In this document: one piece after another, positions 13,201 to 26,343 of the stretch | Numbering within the stretch: position 1 is the first letter of the stretch | Layout of the letters: the number at the start of each line of letters is the position of its first letter | Assembly: GCA_043228905.1 (NCBI GenBank) | Contig: JBHGNT010000003.1 | Span: 18,476,001 to 18,540,000 of the forward strand | Direction: 5' to 3' | From: Azolla caroliniana | Taxonomy: Eukaryota; Plantae; Polypodiophyta | DNA length: 64,000 nt | The notes under the pieces: model-generated | Databases searched by the model: none | The model's input: only the letters and a program-made list of their open reading frames with translations | What the model was told of the DNA's origin: nothing | Program-made: the position numbers and the translations under genes

Positions 13201-14611
13201 CCGGCACCACCGCTCGTCTCCTCCCTGGTCGATGTTTTGGGCCATCGTGTCCCGAATCCTCGCCCACTCTCGAAGTGGTGCTCCCCGCTTCGTAGTCACC
13301 GGCCTCGTCCATGGCCGTCCCTTTTCTGCAAGACGAGAGGGTCGCTTGCCCTGCACCCTCTCCCACGTCATCGCCGTTGCACGCTCTTCCGGCCTCCGTA
13401 TAGGCCCCATCGTCGACGCATAGGGAGGCTTCTTCCTCCGCATCCTCAGATCGTCTCCGGCCCGACTCCATAATAAGCCCTTCTTTAGCTTCGAACTTCA
13501 CCTTCACGCTCTCACACGCCTCCCATACCAACGCCTCTAGGTCGTACTCCTCCGGTTGATTGCGCGTCGAGCTCTCTTCCGACGGTAGTGCGTAGTCGCT
13601 CACCGCCCTCTCTTCTCCTCTGCTCGTGGGCCACGTTGTTGCCGACCGCTCCCCATCAGGTTGCCGGCATACCCACTCCGGTTTCGCGTATCCGTATCGT
13701 CCAATAGAGCTCCCTCAAAGGCCACCCACGACTCATGAGCTTCTCATAGCTCCTTGACCTCCTTGTGCACCGATACGGCCGCCACTCGAGGAAAATACTC
13801 TAGCCGCATCGCCTCGTCCACGCCCCCTTTCGCCATCTCAGCCTTGTAGGCTCCCAACATTTTTAGGACCTCATTCCCATTGAACCGGCCGACTCGATCG
13901 ACCACCCTTTCGACGGCTTGTTGAGCCGCATCTCGCTTCACCATCTTCCGTTCGGCTTCCATCACGATCTTTGCCATCATCTCCTCGAAGTCGAAGTCTT
14001 CTTCCATCTCCATGCTCCCTTGCCGCCCTTCACGTCGGGTTTACCAAAGATGTCGCGTTGCTACGCGCGTGCGTGCGTGTAGAATAAGGCGGGACCACAG
14101 GGGGTCTCGGACGAGGGAGTAGAGGAGAAGGAATAAGACACAAAATGGAAGCTTAGCTCAAGAGGAGAAGAGAAAGAATAGCACAATAACATAGAATAGA
14201 CGGAGGCAAGATACTCAACAAGTTAGTTTAAGGAAACATAAACGCTTTACAATGGTGGCCGCCATGGCCGCACCAAAACGACTATGAGAAAAACCCTAGA
14301 AGAATAAGCAAGTAGAGAAGTATAGTAAAACCCTAAAGGAAACCCAAGAAGAAAACCCTAACCGAAACCCTACAACCGAATAGGAAACCCTTGACCTAAG
14401 TGGTATGCCTCTCTCCCTCAAAATAGGCACCCTCTTCATAAGTGATCCCTCCCTTCGTTTTATAGCCCAAGGAGGGAGGGACCTTACAATGTGGGATAAA
14501 ATTTCCCCTCTTTCTATACACCATATCCTAGTATACATGTGCACGTGTTGCACACCACCGACTTGCCCATTCCACCCCGGTTTCACACTATAGTCGGAAA
14601 TCTTCACGACA
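10264..14611 (-). mobile_element. Non-autonomous gag-only (TR-GAG-like) LTR element A of the tRNA-Trp gypsy group; LTRs 10264-10824 and 14051-14611
   Basis: Two highly similar 561-bp LTRs TGTCGCG..CACGACA. TSD CCGG (10260-10263 and 14612-14615) splits the copia 2 integrase motif EKKPDLSH. Gag remnant 13744-14013. PPT on the minus strand just right of 10824. No pol motifs seen. Confidence 0.92.
14029..14046 (-). promoter_or_regulatory. Primer-binding site complementary to the 3' end of tRNA-Trp(CCA)
   Basis: Plus strand TTCACGTCGGGTTTACCA versus the plant tRNA-Trp 3' end TTCACGTCGGGTTCACCA (recalled); 4 nt (TCTT) from the LTR. The same PBS occurs at 51246-51263 (-) and 59601-59618 (+). Confidence 0.8.
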
Positions 14612-17472
14612 CCGGCTTCTTCTCGTGTAGGGTAACCTCATGCACGCCAGATGTTGTACACCGGTTCATTAGATATACGATTGTGTTAGGCACTTTTGCC
14701 CAATATGATTTTGGCAGGTTCTTCTCGTTCATCATTGCACATGCAACCTCTATTATATGTCGATTCTTTCGCTCGGCTACTCCATTTTGTTGAGGTGTGT
14801 GCCTGCATGAGAATTCTCGTCATATTCTTCCTTTCAGAGATATATTGTAAACTTGTCGGAGAAATATTCTTTGCCTCTATCCGATCGAAGGCAGCATACA
14901 TACCGACCTGTGGCTTTTTCGACTACGGTTTTGAGCCTTTGGAAGTGGCCTAACACTTCGCTCTTTTGTTTCATCGGGTAGATCCAAGTGTGCCTAGAGA
15001 AGTCGTCAATGAACGTGACGTAATATCGGCAACCACCGAATGTTGCCATTTGGACTGGTCCCCACACATCTGAGTGTACTACATCCAGGATCCCTTTGCT
15101 CACATTCTTCTCTTTCGGGAATGGATATCAGTGTTGTTTTCCGAACTGGCATGCCTCGCATACGCCCATAATCTTCTTCTCGGTAAAGTTCTGGAGTCTG
15201 ATTATGACTCCTTTCAATTGCATGTTTTGGGGATTAATGTGACCAATTCGCTTGTGCCACAGTTTCAAGTCGGTTTCGACTTTAAGGCCTTGTGCATACA
15301 TTGTCGACTTTACCTTGTTTGATTCGAGGATAAACATTCTACCTTCTCGACGACCGTGAGCGATGAGGCGGCCTTCTTTTTCAATGAAACACCATTCATC
15401 ATTGAACCGCACTTGCATCCCTTGTTCAACAATCTGGCCTATCGGGAGCAGTTTTTTAGTGATGGTAAGGACATGCAAGACATTTTTGAGGTAGGTTTGT
15501 TTGCCGTCATTCTCGAATGGGATGTTTCCAATGTGCTGTATTGAATGAGTCGTGTCATCGCCTGTTTTGACATAACCGGGCCGATCGGGCTTTCGTAATT
15601 CTCGAAACCAATCTTCATGAGACGTCATCTGATTGGACGCTGCTGAGTCAACAAACCATACATTATCCGAGTTTGAGGTGCTTGTCTCACCTTGTGTCTC
15701 ACGAATGCGCTTTGTGCCTCATCATAAACATTCCGCCACGATCATCATAGTCGGGATTCAAGGCGTAATTCGTAAGTTGTCGGTTGGTCGAGGCCGACTC
15801 TCGTTTCTTCTTTCGGCACTCTTCGTAGCGGCCAATTTTTCCATAGTACCTGCATTCGATCAGACTGTTACGATTGCTCGGTCTGGCAGGATATCTCCCC
15901 CTTCTGCTGAACTCTCTGCCTCGCGTGTTCGAGATGTCTTGTCGGTGGTAGATGTTATATTCTCGGATCGGTTGACCCTATTGGCCTTGGCCGAATCGAC
16001 CTTTGTTTCCTCAGCCGCATTCTCTTCCCTCATCCGATTGCGAGTAGAGCACCTGACCATCGTGTGCATTATTCCTTTGTCGAATGTGATTTTCTTCGAC
16101 TAATAGTATCGATTGAAAATCGAAAAAGGAGGGAGGGTTCTCCCTCGCAAGGATGGCCAATCTGATCATGCCGAATCGAGGTGTTAGGCCACCAAGACAT
16201 ATTTGCACCATTTTGTCATCATCGATGATGACATTGATTGACCCGAGGGCATCACACATCTCCTTGATCTTCAAGGTATAGCTGGTGATCGACATATCCC
16301 TTTGTTGCATGTTGTTTAGGTCCTGTCGAAGTTGGAGCTTTCATGCAGCCGTATTGGCCGAAAAAATCTTCTTTAGATTTCCCCAAGCTTCTTTCGGCGT
16401 TTTTGAATCTCGAATATAGCCGAGCATGTGGTCATGAATGCATGATGCAAGGCAATACAACACACGGTTTGCGGCTTGCTCCCACATTGGGTAGTCAGCA
16501 TGTGTCGAGTTGGGTTGCGTTTTGTGAGCTCCCTCAATGTCGCTCAAGTAACCTTGTCCGACAAGGTACTCATGCATCTTGTACTCCCAAGATGCGAAGT
16601 TTGTCCTGTCCAGCTTCTCTGTAGGAAGAGTGCTTCCCATCTGAGTATTCATGATGATTCCTTCCCTGTTTTGAACCGGTTCTGTTGATCGTTGATGTGT
16701 AGCACAACACAGTCGATTAGGCTTGATCAGATAACCACACGCTCTGATACCATGTGAAGAATGAGAGCTGTAGTTGGTGCTATGCAGCGGAAGTGAGCTT
16801 TGTGTATGAGTGTGTGCAGATGATGCAAGAGAGAACGAAAAGAAAGATATATTAACGTCTTCTAAGGCCAAATTTTTCCCGTGAGAGAGAGAACTCTAGA
16901 AAAGAAAACTGTATATTACATCCAACAATAACTAAGTTACAAAAGGTTGGTTTAAATACCAACTTATCTAGGGCAAGTGCCCTTTCTACTAATTACAAAA
17001 ATATCCTAGTACAATGTCCATTGATTAGTGTGAACACTATCTCTATGGGAAGTTGAGTTCGATTCTCAACACATAGAAAGCGATAATAGTAAAAGGTGTA
17101 TCGTTGTTCATAAGTTCTTCCCCCCATTGTATTTATTGTTCCTTTGTACTCATCTTTGTAATCACTACTCATAAAAACCATTGTAATCATTTTTTCCATT
17201 GTTGTTATGAACCTTAATGCATGGAAATATAATCTTGCAAAACTTTGTATTTTGAGGGACCTTAATCTTCCCTCTTGTTGTTAAACATGTGTACTTAGCC
17301 TAATGTTGAACCAATCACCGCAAAAAACATCATGTTGTGGAGAGAGAGGGAGGGAGGTCAAAATGCGACATCGACAAATTGAGCCTTAGATTCTTGGCTA
17401 ACCTCGAGTCTAAGCTACCCTCAAGTTTGATCTAAACTCGACTCTAAGCTACCCTCAAGTTTGATGTAAACC

Positions 17473-20400
17473 TATTGAGTGACAAGCTCAACATTGGGTG
17501 CGTAATACGGTGTGTAACCCACTGTGTAGACTGGGTGCATAAAACAGTACGCATAACGTGGCCATATCGGTGTGTAAACCAAAAGTCCGTTAGTATGGTA
17601 TTCCTTGTAAGGAATAATTTTGGGAGTTAGTGTAGTAGGCTCATTTATGAGCAGTCAAGTACTGTCAGTACTTGTGTCAACCCAATAGTTAGGGCTTGTA
17701 TAAAAGGTGCTCACTGAGCACGAAGAATGTACAGAGCCTCATTATTTTGAAATAGAACTGAGTTGTCTGCTCTCTCTCTGTCTCTCCATCTCCATCCCCA
17801 TCTCCATCTCTATGTTTTCTGAGTTTACCGAACTGTTTTATTTCCGGACTGTGTACTCTACGTTTACGCACACGCTTCCACACACGTATTCTTTTACATG
17901 GTATCAGAGCGCGAGGGTTGAAGTCCTCTGCAACCAATAGAGACATAGTTGAGTTGTTTCGGAAAAGATAAGACAGCAACATGGACAAAAGAATGAGAAG
18001 CTCCCTACCGACTGAGAAGCTCGACAGGAACAACTACGCATCTTGGTCATACAAGATGCACTAGTACCTGCTCAGTCACGGCTATTGGAGTTATGTCGAA
18101 GGAGCTAATGATGTAGCACCCGATTCGACACAGAGACTTTTCGGCTTGGGAACAAGAGGCAAGCAGAGTTCTCTACTGCTTTGCATCCTGTGTGAGCAAC
18201 CAGCTATTGAGCTATATTCGGGATGCTAAGATGCCAAAGGACATGTGGGCGAATCTCAAAAAGATTTTCGCCCCAAGCACAACAGCCAGGAAGCTGCAAT
18301 ACGCCTTCGTTCTTCGAGCTTCAATCAATAGTGCTCGTGGAGGAAAATCACGTGGGTGCATCGACGAGTACACACGCCGACGGCAAGATGTTGTACACGG
18401 AGGAAGATAGGCCTCGTGGTCATGGTGGACGAGGCGGATCGGCGCGCAATGGAGGCGGCCGACAAGAGCAAAACAAGCGGCATAATCGAAATGCCGACAG
18501 CAGTTCCGGACCCTCCACAAGCAGGGGGAGTCATGGTGGCGGTGAAAGCCGGCAAGAGAAGGCCGCGTCAAAATGTTGGTATTGTGGCAAGAAAGGCCAC
18601 AAGGCGAGCGAGTACTGGAAAAAGAGAGCCGATTCGGACAAAACCAGATCGAGCCGAAGAGACATAAAGATGCGTCAGAGATCGCACTACGCAGAAGGCT
18701 CTGAACGAGCCGAAAACAAATCAGGCCCAGCCTTCGTAATGAAGCACAAGGCCAATTCTATGGCTGTAAACACTTCAAAATCAAGCGAGGTGTGGTATGT
18801 TGATTCCGGAGCGTCAAATCATATGACGAGTCATGAGGAATGGTTCTCGTACTTGGAGAAACCGGAATCGCAAGGAGTGGTCGAAACGGGAGACGACACT
18901 CCGCATACCATCAAACATGTCGGCGAAGTTCCCCTCAATTTCATCGGGTAGAAAGGGAAACTCATGAACGTGTTGCACGTCCCAACAATAACGAAGAACT
19001 TGGTGTCGGTCGGTCATATCGTCGACCAGAGAATGCAAGTTCAATTCACGCATCTTGGCTGCTTCATAGAAGAGGAAGGCAAAGTAATCGCGCAAGGGCA
19101 CCATGAAGGGAGGATGTTTATCCTCGACACTAATCAAGTCGGAACCACGTTGTACACGAAAGGACAAAAGGTTGAATCTGATATCGACCTATGGCACAAG
19201 CGGTTCGGCCACGTAAATTTCCCACGACTTCGTGAGATGCAGACGAAGAACATTGTTTTCGGCCTGCCGAAATTTCGAGGCCGTAATGGCCAAGTCTGTG
19301 AAGCATGCCAGATGGGAAAACATCACCAACTTCCATTCCCCAATGAGCGTAATCAGAGCCGTAATCCGCTCGACTTGATCCATTTGGATGTGTGGGGACC
19401 GGCACAGAACGTGAGTCTTGGGGGAAGTCGTTACTTTGTAACCTTCATCGACGACTTCACTCGGCACACGTGGGTATGCATGATCGCGAAGAAGAGAGAA
19501 GTCTTCGTGTGTTTCCTGAAAGTGAAGACACTTGCAGAAAGGGAAACAGGGCGTAAGATCAAATGCCTACAGTCCAATAGGAGAAAGGAGTACTTTTCTG
19601 ACCAGTTCACAAGTTATCTACAGAAGGAGGGAATTCGACGCGAATTCTCGTGTAGATACACGCCGCAGTAGAACGGCGTGGCCGAGCGAAAGAATCAGAC
19701 AATCAAAGAAGCGGCCAGGGCAATACTTCAAGAGAAGCATATGCCAAAATTCTATTGGGCTGAAGCCGTGAGGACGGTTGTCTACCTGCATAATTGGACT
19801 TCTGCTAATGGAGGAGTGTTGCCACATGAATTGTATTTCGGGAAAAAGCCGAACTTAGCACACTTGAGGATTTTCGGTAGCATTGCATATGTGCATGTGC
19901 CGAAGGAAAGGAGGAGGAAGCTGGATGCCAAAGCCGAACAGTGCATCTTAGTCGGCTATCCAAACGAGCAGAAGGGGTATAAATGTTTTAACCCCCGAAC
20001 AAAGGAAGTACGCGTAAGTTGAGATGTCGTGTTCGACGAATCCGCTTCATGGTACCTACCTTCACCTCCAATACCTCACAACTCCGCTTGAAGAACCGAG
20101 GAGATGGTTTACGCAAGGGCAAGAAGAAAATGCCGGAATACGACTTTGGCAGTGCCGAGTCATATCGGAACGAGTCTAACTACGGGCAAACTGAAAAGGA
20201 ACCTCCACGAAAGAGGTCAACAGTAGCTGAAAAGGTCGTGAAATCGGATAATCACGAATTATGTGGATCTACCCGCCTCAAGAACCCCGTAAAGAGATAT
20301 GGGTATAATGAGTACATGGCGCCCATTACGCGTACATGACGCGACTGGTGGAAGTGCATGAGCCAGAGAGCTACGCAAAAGCGGCGAAAGACGCAAATTG

Positions 20401-22852
20401 GCGTGCCGCGATGAAGGAAGAGATGCGCGCTTTGACTGATAAAGAGACTTGGGACCTGGTTGATGCACCAAAGGGTGGGTGTATAAAGTCAAATACAACA
20501 CGGACGGCTCTGTCAACCGATACAAGGCCCACTTAGTGCCGAAAGGCTACGCGCAGAAGCACGGCGTGAACTACGACGAGACCTTCGTGCCTGTCGCGAA
20601 GATGACACTACCATGCGGGTTCTGCTAGCTGTAGCTACGGCAAAGGGGTGGCACTTACATCATATGGATGTAAAGAACGTGTTCTTGCAAGGTGATCTTG
20701 AGGAACAGGTGTACATGGTACAGCCCCCCGGATTTCTATCCGAACAAAACACCTCGGTCATTTGCCGACTGAAGAAGTCACTCTACGAACTTAAGCAAGG
20801 CCCGCGAGCCTGGAATGCGAAGATTACGAAATAATTGCGTAGGATGGGGTTTACGACGTCGAAATTGGACTCTTCACTATTTTGTTCGACAAGGTCCATA
20901 TGGACCGGTAAGTCTTCTACTTTATGTTGATGATTTAGTCATCATCGGTGCCAACCTGGACGAAATCCATCGCATAAAGTCTCAGCTTGCGACATCATTC
21001 AACATGAAGGATCTTGGATACCTTCATTACTTCCTCGGGATCGAAGTGATCCGCACCCCCGAGGGCATATTGATCAGCTAGTGTCATTACACGCTGAATA
21101 TTCTCTTCAAGTTTGGGATGGCAGATTGTAAGCCCATCTCAACCCCTCTGGACAGAAACGTAAAGCTTCGTCGAGATTCGGGAAAGGCGTGCGACCCGAC
21201 ACAGTTTCGACAAATTGTCGGAAGCCGCATCTATTTGACGATTACTCGGCCATATCTCAACTACCCGGTCGGCTTAATCAGTCAATTTATGCCGTAGCCT
21301 ACGGCCAAACACTTTCAGTGCGTGCAAAGGATATTGCGATATGTCAACGGCACAAAAGACATGGCGTTGTTGTATCAGGCAGGCATAGTCGAACAGTTAG
21401 TCGGCTACATGGATGCCGATTGGGCCGGAAACACCCATGATCGTAGATCCACATCCGAATACGCATTCTCTCTAGGAAGTGCAGCGATCGCGTGGAGCAG
21501 CAAAAAGCAGCCGAAAGTGGCACTGTCGAGCACGGAGGCCGAATATGGAGGGGCGGTTGTCGTTACGTGCGAAGTCATTTGGCTGCAACGGCTATTACGG
21601 GATCTACATGTAGAGGTGTCTAATCCAACGATGATCTATTGCGACAACCTCAACAATATCCTCCTTGCGAAAAACCCCATGTTCCACGCTCGGACCAAGC
21701 ACATTGAGGTGCACTACCACTTTGTCCACGAGCGGGTCCTTTCAGGTGAAGTCGAACTAGCGTATGTTCTGACGGATCGGCAGGTTGCCGACATCTTCAC
21801 CAAGCCTCTTGGTCTCAACAAGTTACAGCATTTCTTGGGTGAGCTAGGGTTGCGTCACCTCAACACGCCGAACTTGAGGGGGAGAAAGGAAGAATAGGAA
21901 CAAGAGCATGAAAGGAGCGGAGGTGTTCATCACGGCGGAAGTAACCGTGACGCAGAATCGGATGAAGAATTCGATTTCGGGTCGGCTGAAGAAGCCGAAG
22001 AAAAGAGCAAGGGCCATAAGCGTAGGGAAAAGCCGAGGATAGCCAAATCAGGGGGAGATACAGCCAAGAAGGGCGTAAAGGACAAGACCAAGACGTGGTC
22101 TGATGTAGTCAAAGGCCTAAAGACAGGAGACGAATTGGAGATAGCCAATTCGGATGAGAGCGGAATTGAATCAGAAGTGTTCGATTCAATCGGAATATTC
22201 GATTCGGATACGCTGAATCAACTAAAGGCCATGCGGAGAAAAGGGCGGCGAAGGACATGCCGACATTGCGACAGCAAGGGAGCTGAGAAGGGCCGAATGA
22301 GCAAACGAGTCGACCAGAAGGGTCGAAGCGCGCGAAATCGAACAGGTCGAGGAGCGCGAGCGAGGCGTGAAGCCAGAAGGAACCGGAGCGTAGATCTGGA
22401 AGAGCAGACGGAACCTCAAGTTGAGCTTGACGGGGGAGTGTTGAGTGACAAGCTCAACATTGGGTGCGTAATACGGTGCGTAACCCAATGCGTAGACTGA
22501 GTGTGTAAAACAGTACACATAACATGGCCATATCGGTGCATAAACCAAAAGTTTGTTAGTATGGTATTCCTCATAAGGAATAATTTTGGGAGTTAGTGTA
22601 GTAGGCCCATTTATAAGTAGTCAAGTACTGTCAGTACTTGTGTCGGCCCGATAGCCAGGGCTTGTATAAAAGGTGCTCACTGAGCACGAAGAATGTACAA
22701 AGCGTCATTATTTTGAAATAGAACTGAGTTGTTTGCTCTCTATCTGTCTCTCCATCTCCATCTTTGTGTTTTCTGAGTTTACTGAACTGTTTCATTTTCG
22801 AACTGTGTACTCTGCATTTACGCACATGCTTCCACACACGTATTCTTTTACA
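17473..22852 (+). mobile_element. Ty1/copia element 3, near full-length and degenerate (LTRs 17473-17898 and 22439-22852)
   Basis: Paired LTRs; TSD AAACC/AAACG; PBS TGGTATCAGAGC 17899-17910. Gag zinc knuckle CWYCGKKGH, protease WYVDSGASNHM, integrase 18964-20022, RT (YVDDL) 20613-21081, RNase H 21322-21897, PPT ~22430. Confidence 0.95.
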
Positions 22853-23943
22853 AAACGTGAGTCTAAGCTACCCTTGGGTCTAGGCTAACCTCGACTCTAG
22901 TGGGTCTTCGAGTGCAGCGAACATTTGACACGTGCAACAAACTCAAAGGTCATCAACACCGAGCTTCCTCATCATTTGCCTATTGTTGACCCATTTCATC
23001 CTTCATTTCCTTGACGCTCAAATTCCTACCACTCACACAAACCTAATTACAAAACGCGTCAGCTACTCTCATGTTATCCATGAAAACAAATTTCCTCATC
23101 TACCCTCATGTTTTTTACAAACGGCACAAATTGTTACACATGCACTTTGAAACAAATACACATGCAAATGTGCACGCACGTAAGAAAAAATCACATAAGG
23201 ATTCATAGTGTTATAATTATTTACATGTCCACTCACATGCACATTTTTTACACACATACACCATTATACATCGAAAGCACACATTTCTATGCACATAAAC
23301 ACTAAGCTTCGCACAAGAATGCTCATTAAGCATCTTCTTGGGCATATACACTTGTACACCACCCATCCACAACCACTTGTAAACCTTCCACATCACAATT
23401 AGAAATCAATAAATTATTTGACCTATTTATGAGTTATATTTCAAGTTCTAAGAGCGTTTTTGGGTCACACTATAACCATATATATTATACATTATCATCA
23501 TTATGTAGGCAATAAAAAACCTCATATTAAGAAAGTATGACTAAGAATTTGTTTAACTTTGTTCTAACTTCTACCTTTGCGATTCATGTGTAGACCTACC
23601 AAGTGTACACACATCTATGTAATGCCAATATTGGCTAAACCATTTCAAGGAATCTATTCACAAAATGCAAATATTCTCTAAACTATTTCAAGTCTTAATT
23701 ACTCATGCCTTAGTTTAAATTGTTATCAATTTCATGGAGACTAAAATAAAATTGTACAATGTTTTGTTTTCGTATTTCTTTTATAGTATAACCCCAAGAC
23801 AATGAAATAGATTATCAAGGTAAGATTTAGTTTCATCCATGTCAACACATCCACTTGGGACATATAGAGCACCAGAAAATATTAACAAGGAATAAGCAAA
23901 ATGGAGGCAAAGAAATATACAAAAGTATGTAAAGAATGTTCTA

Positions 23944-24330
23944 TTATCGGTAATGCATGTTGAGAAAAGTAGATGGTAATATTGGGAGTGGTAGAGGGAA
24001 GGGCGCATAACAACCTTCTTCCATGGAAACTTTGATTACCATCTTAATCCACATGGTACTACATCTTTTAATGGAGGCCAAAAAAGAAGTGATTCCTCTT
24101 TCTCTTTTAGACACATGACAAAGATGCAAAATATGCAACTTTCTCCTCCTTCCAAGCCTAATGCAATATCTCCTTGCTTGTCGAATTCTTCGTCTTTGAA
24201 GTTTTAATGGTAGTGCACAAACAGTAGCTTCTACTAAACCATCTACGTGGGGAAGTCTTTGATATCCATGCTTGTCTATGGAAACGCAAGTAGAAAATGA
24301 TGACTTTGTGAAACCCTTGAAGCTAGACAT
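23944..24330 (-). CDS. Candidate single-exon small basic protein of unknown function (128 aa from the ATG at 24330)
   Basis: Open frame in AT-rich non-TE DNA with AAAAATGTCT start context. Contains GYQRL, an Arg-rich RRRIRQARRYCIRLGRRRKL segment and an FPLPLPILP tail, resembling uncharacterised small plant proteins. CT-repeat (minus strand) upstream at ~24626-24664. Confidence 0.45.
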   Translation of the reverse strand: MSSFKGFTKSSFSTCVSIDKHGYQRLPHVDGLVEATVCALPLKLQRRRIRQARRYCIRLGRRRKLHILHLCHVSKRERGITSFLASIKRCSTMWIKMVIKVSMEEGCYAPFPLPLPILPSTFLNMHYR

Positions 24331-24622
24331 TTTTTGAAGATTAAGACTCAACGCCACTTTAAAGGCAATAGGATAACACACTCACAAACCATAGACTCTT
24401 ACAGATTCTAGCAAGACATATGCAACTCAAGCACATCCCTTTGGAATGTTGTAGAGAACCATATGTTTAATAGCAAGCGCAAGGATTAGACATTTAATAT
24501 TTAATGTAAGATGGATTTAAAACAATTTTATATATGAAAGAAGTGAGTCACACAAGGTGTGTGGAGGATGATTGCTTTTGGTGTGTCTTATGTTACCCAT
24601 ATAGAATACATGAGTAGGTTGG

Positions 24623-24667
<45 letters not shown>

Positions 24668-26343
24668 AGGGTCTATTCTTTCGACAACATGATATATAAG
24701 AGAGAAGAATATGCTTTGTTTCGATGAAATTAAACTATACGCTTCCGGATTTTGGATGTGGCATAATGTTATCTGTCCCACTCAAAGATGGTCATTTTCA
24801 GGTATGTATAAGGAATTTCAACACAATGCTCCTTATTCAAGATTGTCAAAATACTATACAAATTCCCTCTATTTATATATTTATACATATTATATTGTTT
24901 CCCTCCGGTCTAACATTATTATTTATAGAGAGTATTTTGGGAATTTAGCTAAAACTTGAGGGGTAATTGGGGTGAAAATTCTATTGTACATAAAATCAAT
25001 AGCATTGTTGTTATCAGGTATCAACTCATTATGATTTCATTAGGTATTCTTTGAAGGCATTAAGTCCATTGCAAACTGATTTGGAACAAGGCAAAATGGA
25101 ATGGAATATGACAAATCAAATGTTTGGTCTTGATTGGAATTCGATTAACCATCAAAAGGAATACACAGATCTACAATTACATCAATGTTATTATTGGTGC
25201 TCAATAAAATTAAATACAAGTTTCATCGACTCCATCAAATCTACTAACACAAAGTGATATTACTACAAGCATGTGCCACAAACATGTCCATCTACGACCA
25301 ACAAGAGGTATAATTAGGAGTATACGTGAAGGAGTATATGTGACAAGTTTTATCAACTCGTTGAAACTACTACTCCCAAGAAATATTATAATGTGTATGT
25401 GTAACAAACACTTCTGTTTACATATCCCATCTTTTACTCTCATTTTTCTTAACTTCACCACATGCCACATTTTGTAACATCACTTGCACAAGTTATGAGC
25501 TTAAACAAGAGCATCCATATCAATTAGCTGCGTCCCTCCACCCACTATAATAACCTGGACATAAACAAAAAATGAAAACATAGAGAAAAGTAGAAAATAA
25601 ACAATTCCAACTATGTCACTTTTCAATTGATGGCATTATAACATGCATCTCGTCTCAATTTCGTTTTTGGGTGCACAAGACCATATTTAAGACAAGCAGG
25701 TTCCACCAAGTCACTTCTATGTGTTAGCTCAGACAACTCAACACCTACACTCTCTAAGATTAAAACAAGCTGCTTCAAAATAAAGCATTTCAACAAACTA
25801 AGATATCCTATCAATATCATTGTTTTCAAGATATCGTTGGTTAGATTTGGACACCAACTAATGTAAGGTTCCTTTCACAATCATTGGTAAGATTTGAACT
25901 CAAATCAATCCCTAATCAAATTTAAAAAAACTTCAATGATCAAAAGTTACTTCTAAGATTTGCAACAAGATTTGAAAATATTAGATTCAAGGTTCACTTC
26001 CAACATCATTGATAAGATTTCAACAAACTTCATGACAGTTGCCCAAATCAGGGCAATTTCCATTAAATTTTCTCTTAATTGGACAATTGGCAATTTTTAA
26101 AAAAGAAAAACAACATGACACAAAAATTCAGTATCAAAGCTCAACAAACATAGCAAAATAATATTTTGTTTTTTATGTACTCCAATTTGACTTTTTACAT
26201 AAAACTACATACAAAATTATTCTTTTAACCTATATACATTTCCAGTGCCTGTGGCAACCTTTGCTTGCTTAACAAAAACATATACTGTAACAAGTGTAAC
26301 ATGACAAAAGAGGAAACCATGTCACAAACATTTCTGTATTTTA

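Larger units (their letters stand above)
7672..17071 (-). mobile_element. Ty1/copia element 2, full-length but degenerate (LTRs 7672-7958 and 16753-17071)
   Basis: Paired TG..CA LTRs; TSD CATAG (7667-7671 and 17072-17076); PBS TGGTATCAGAGC 16741-16752. Gag 16341-16871/16011-16310, protease ~15630-15660 (WFVDSAASN), integrase 14834-15103, RT 8791-9132, RNase H 8066-8719. Many stops and frameshifts. Confidence 0.95.

Noticed and set aside
10695-13603. Many long overlapping ORFs (up to 338 aa) as host genes
   Set aside because: GC-rich low-complexity interior of an LTR element, open in several frames on both strands, with no recognisable domain.
14029-14046. tRNA-Trp gene
   Set aside because: Only the 3'-terminal 18 nt including CCA are present, next to an LTR; this is a PBS.
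25545-25556. Alternative last coding exon of PI31 (strong acceptor giving ..GLL*)
   Set aside because: The conserved HPDLEHF terminus is encoded at 26401-26344; this acceptor is more likely UTR-related and is unsupported without transcripts.
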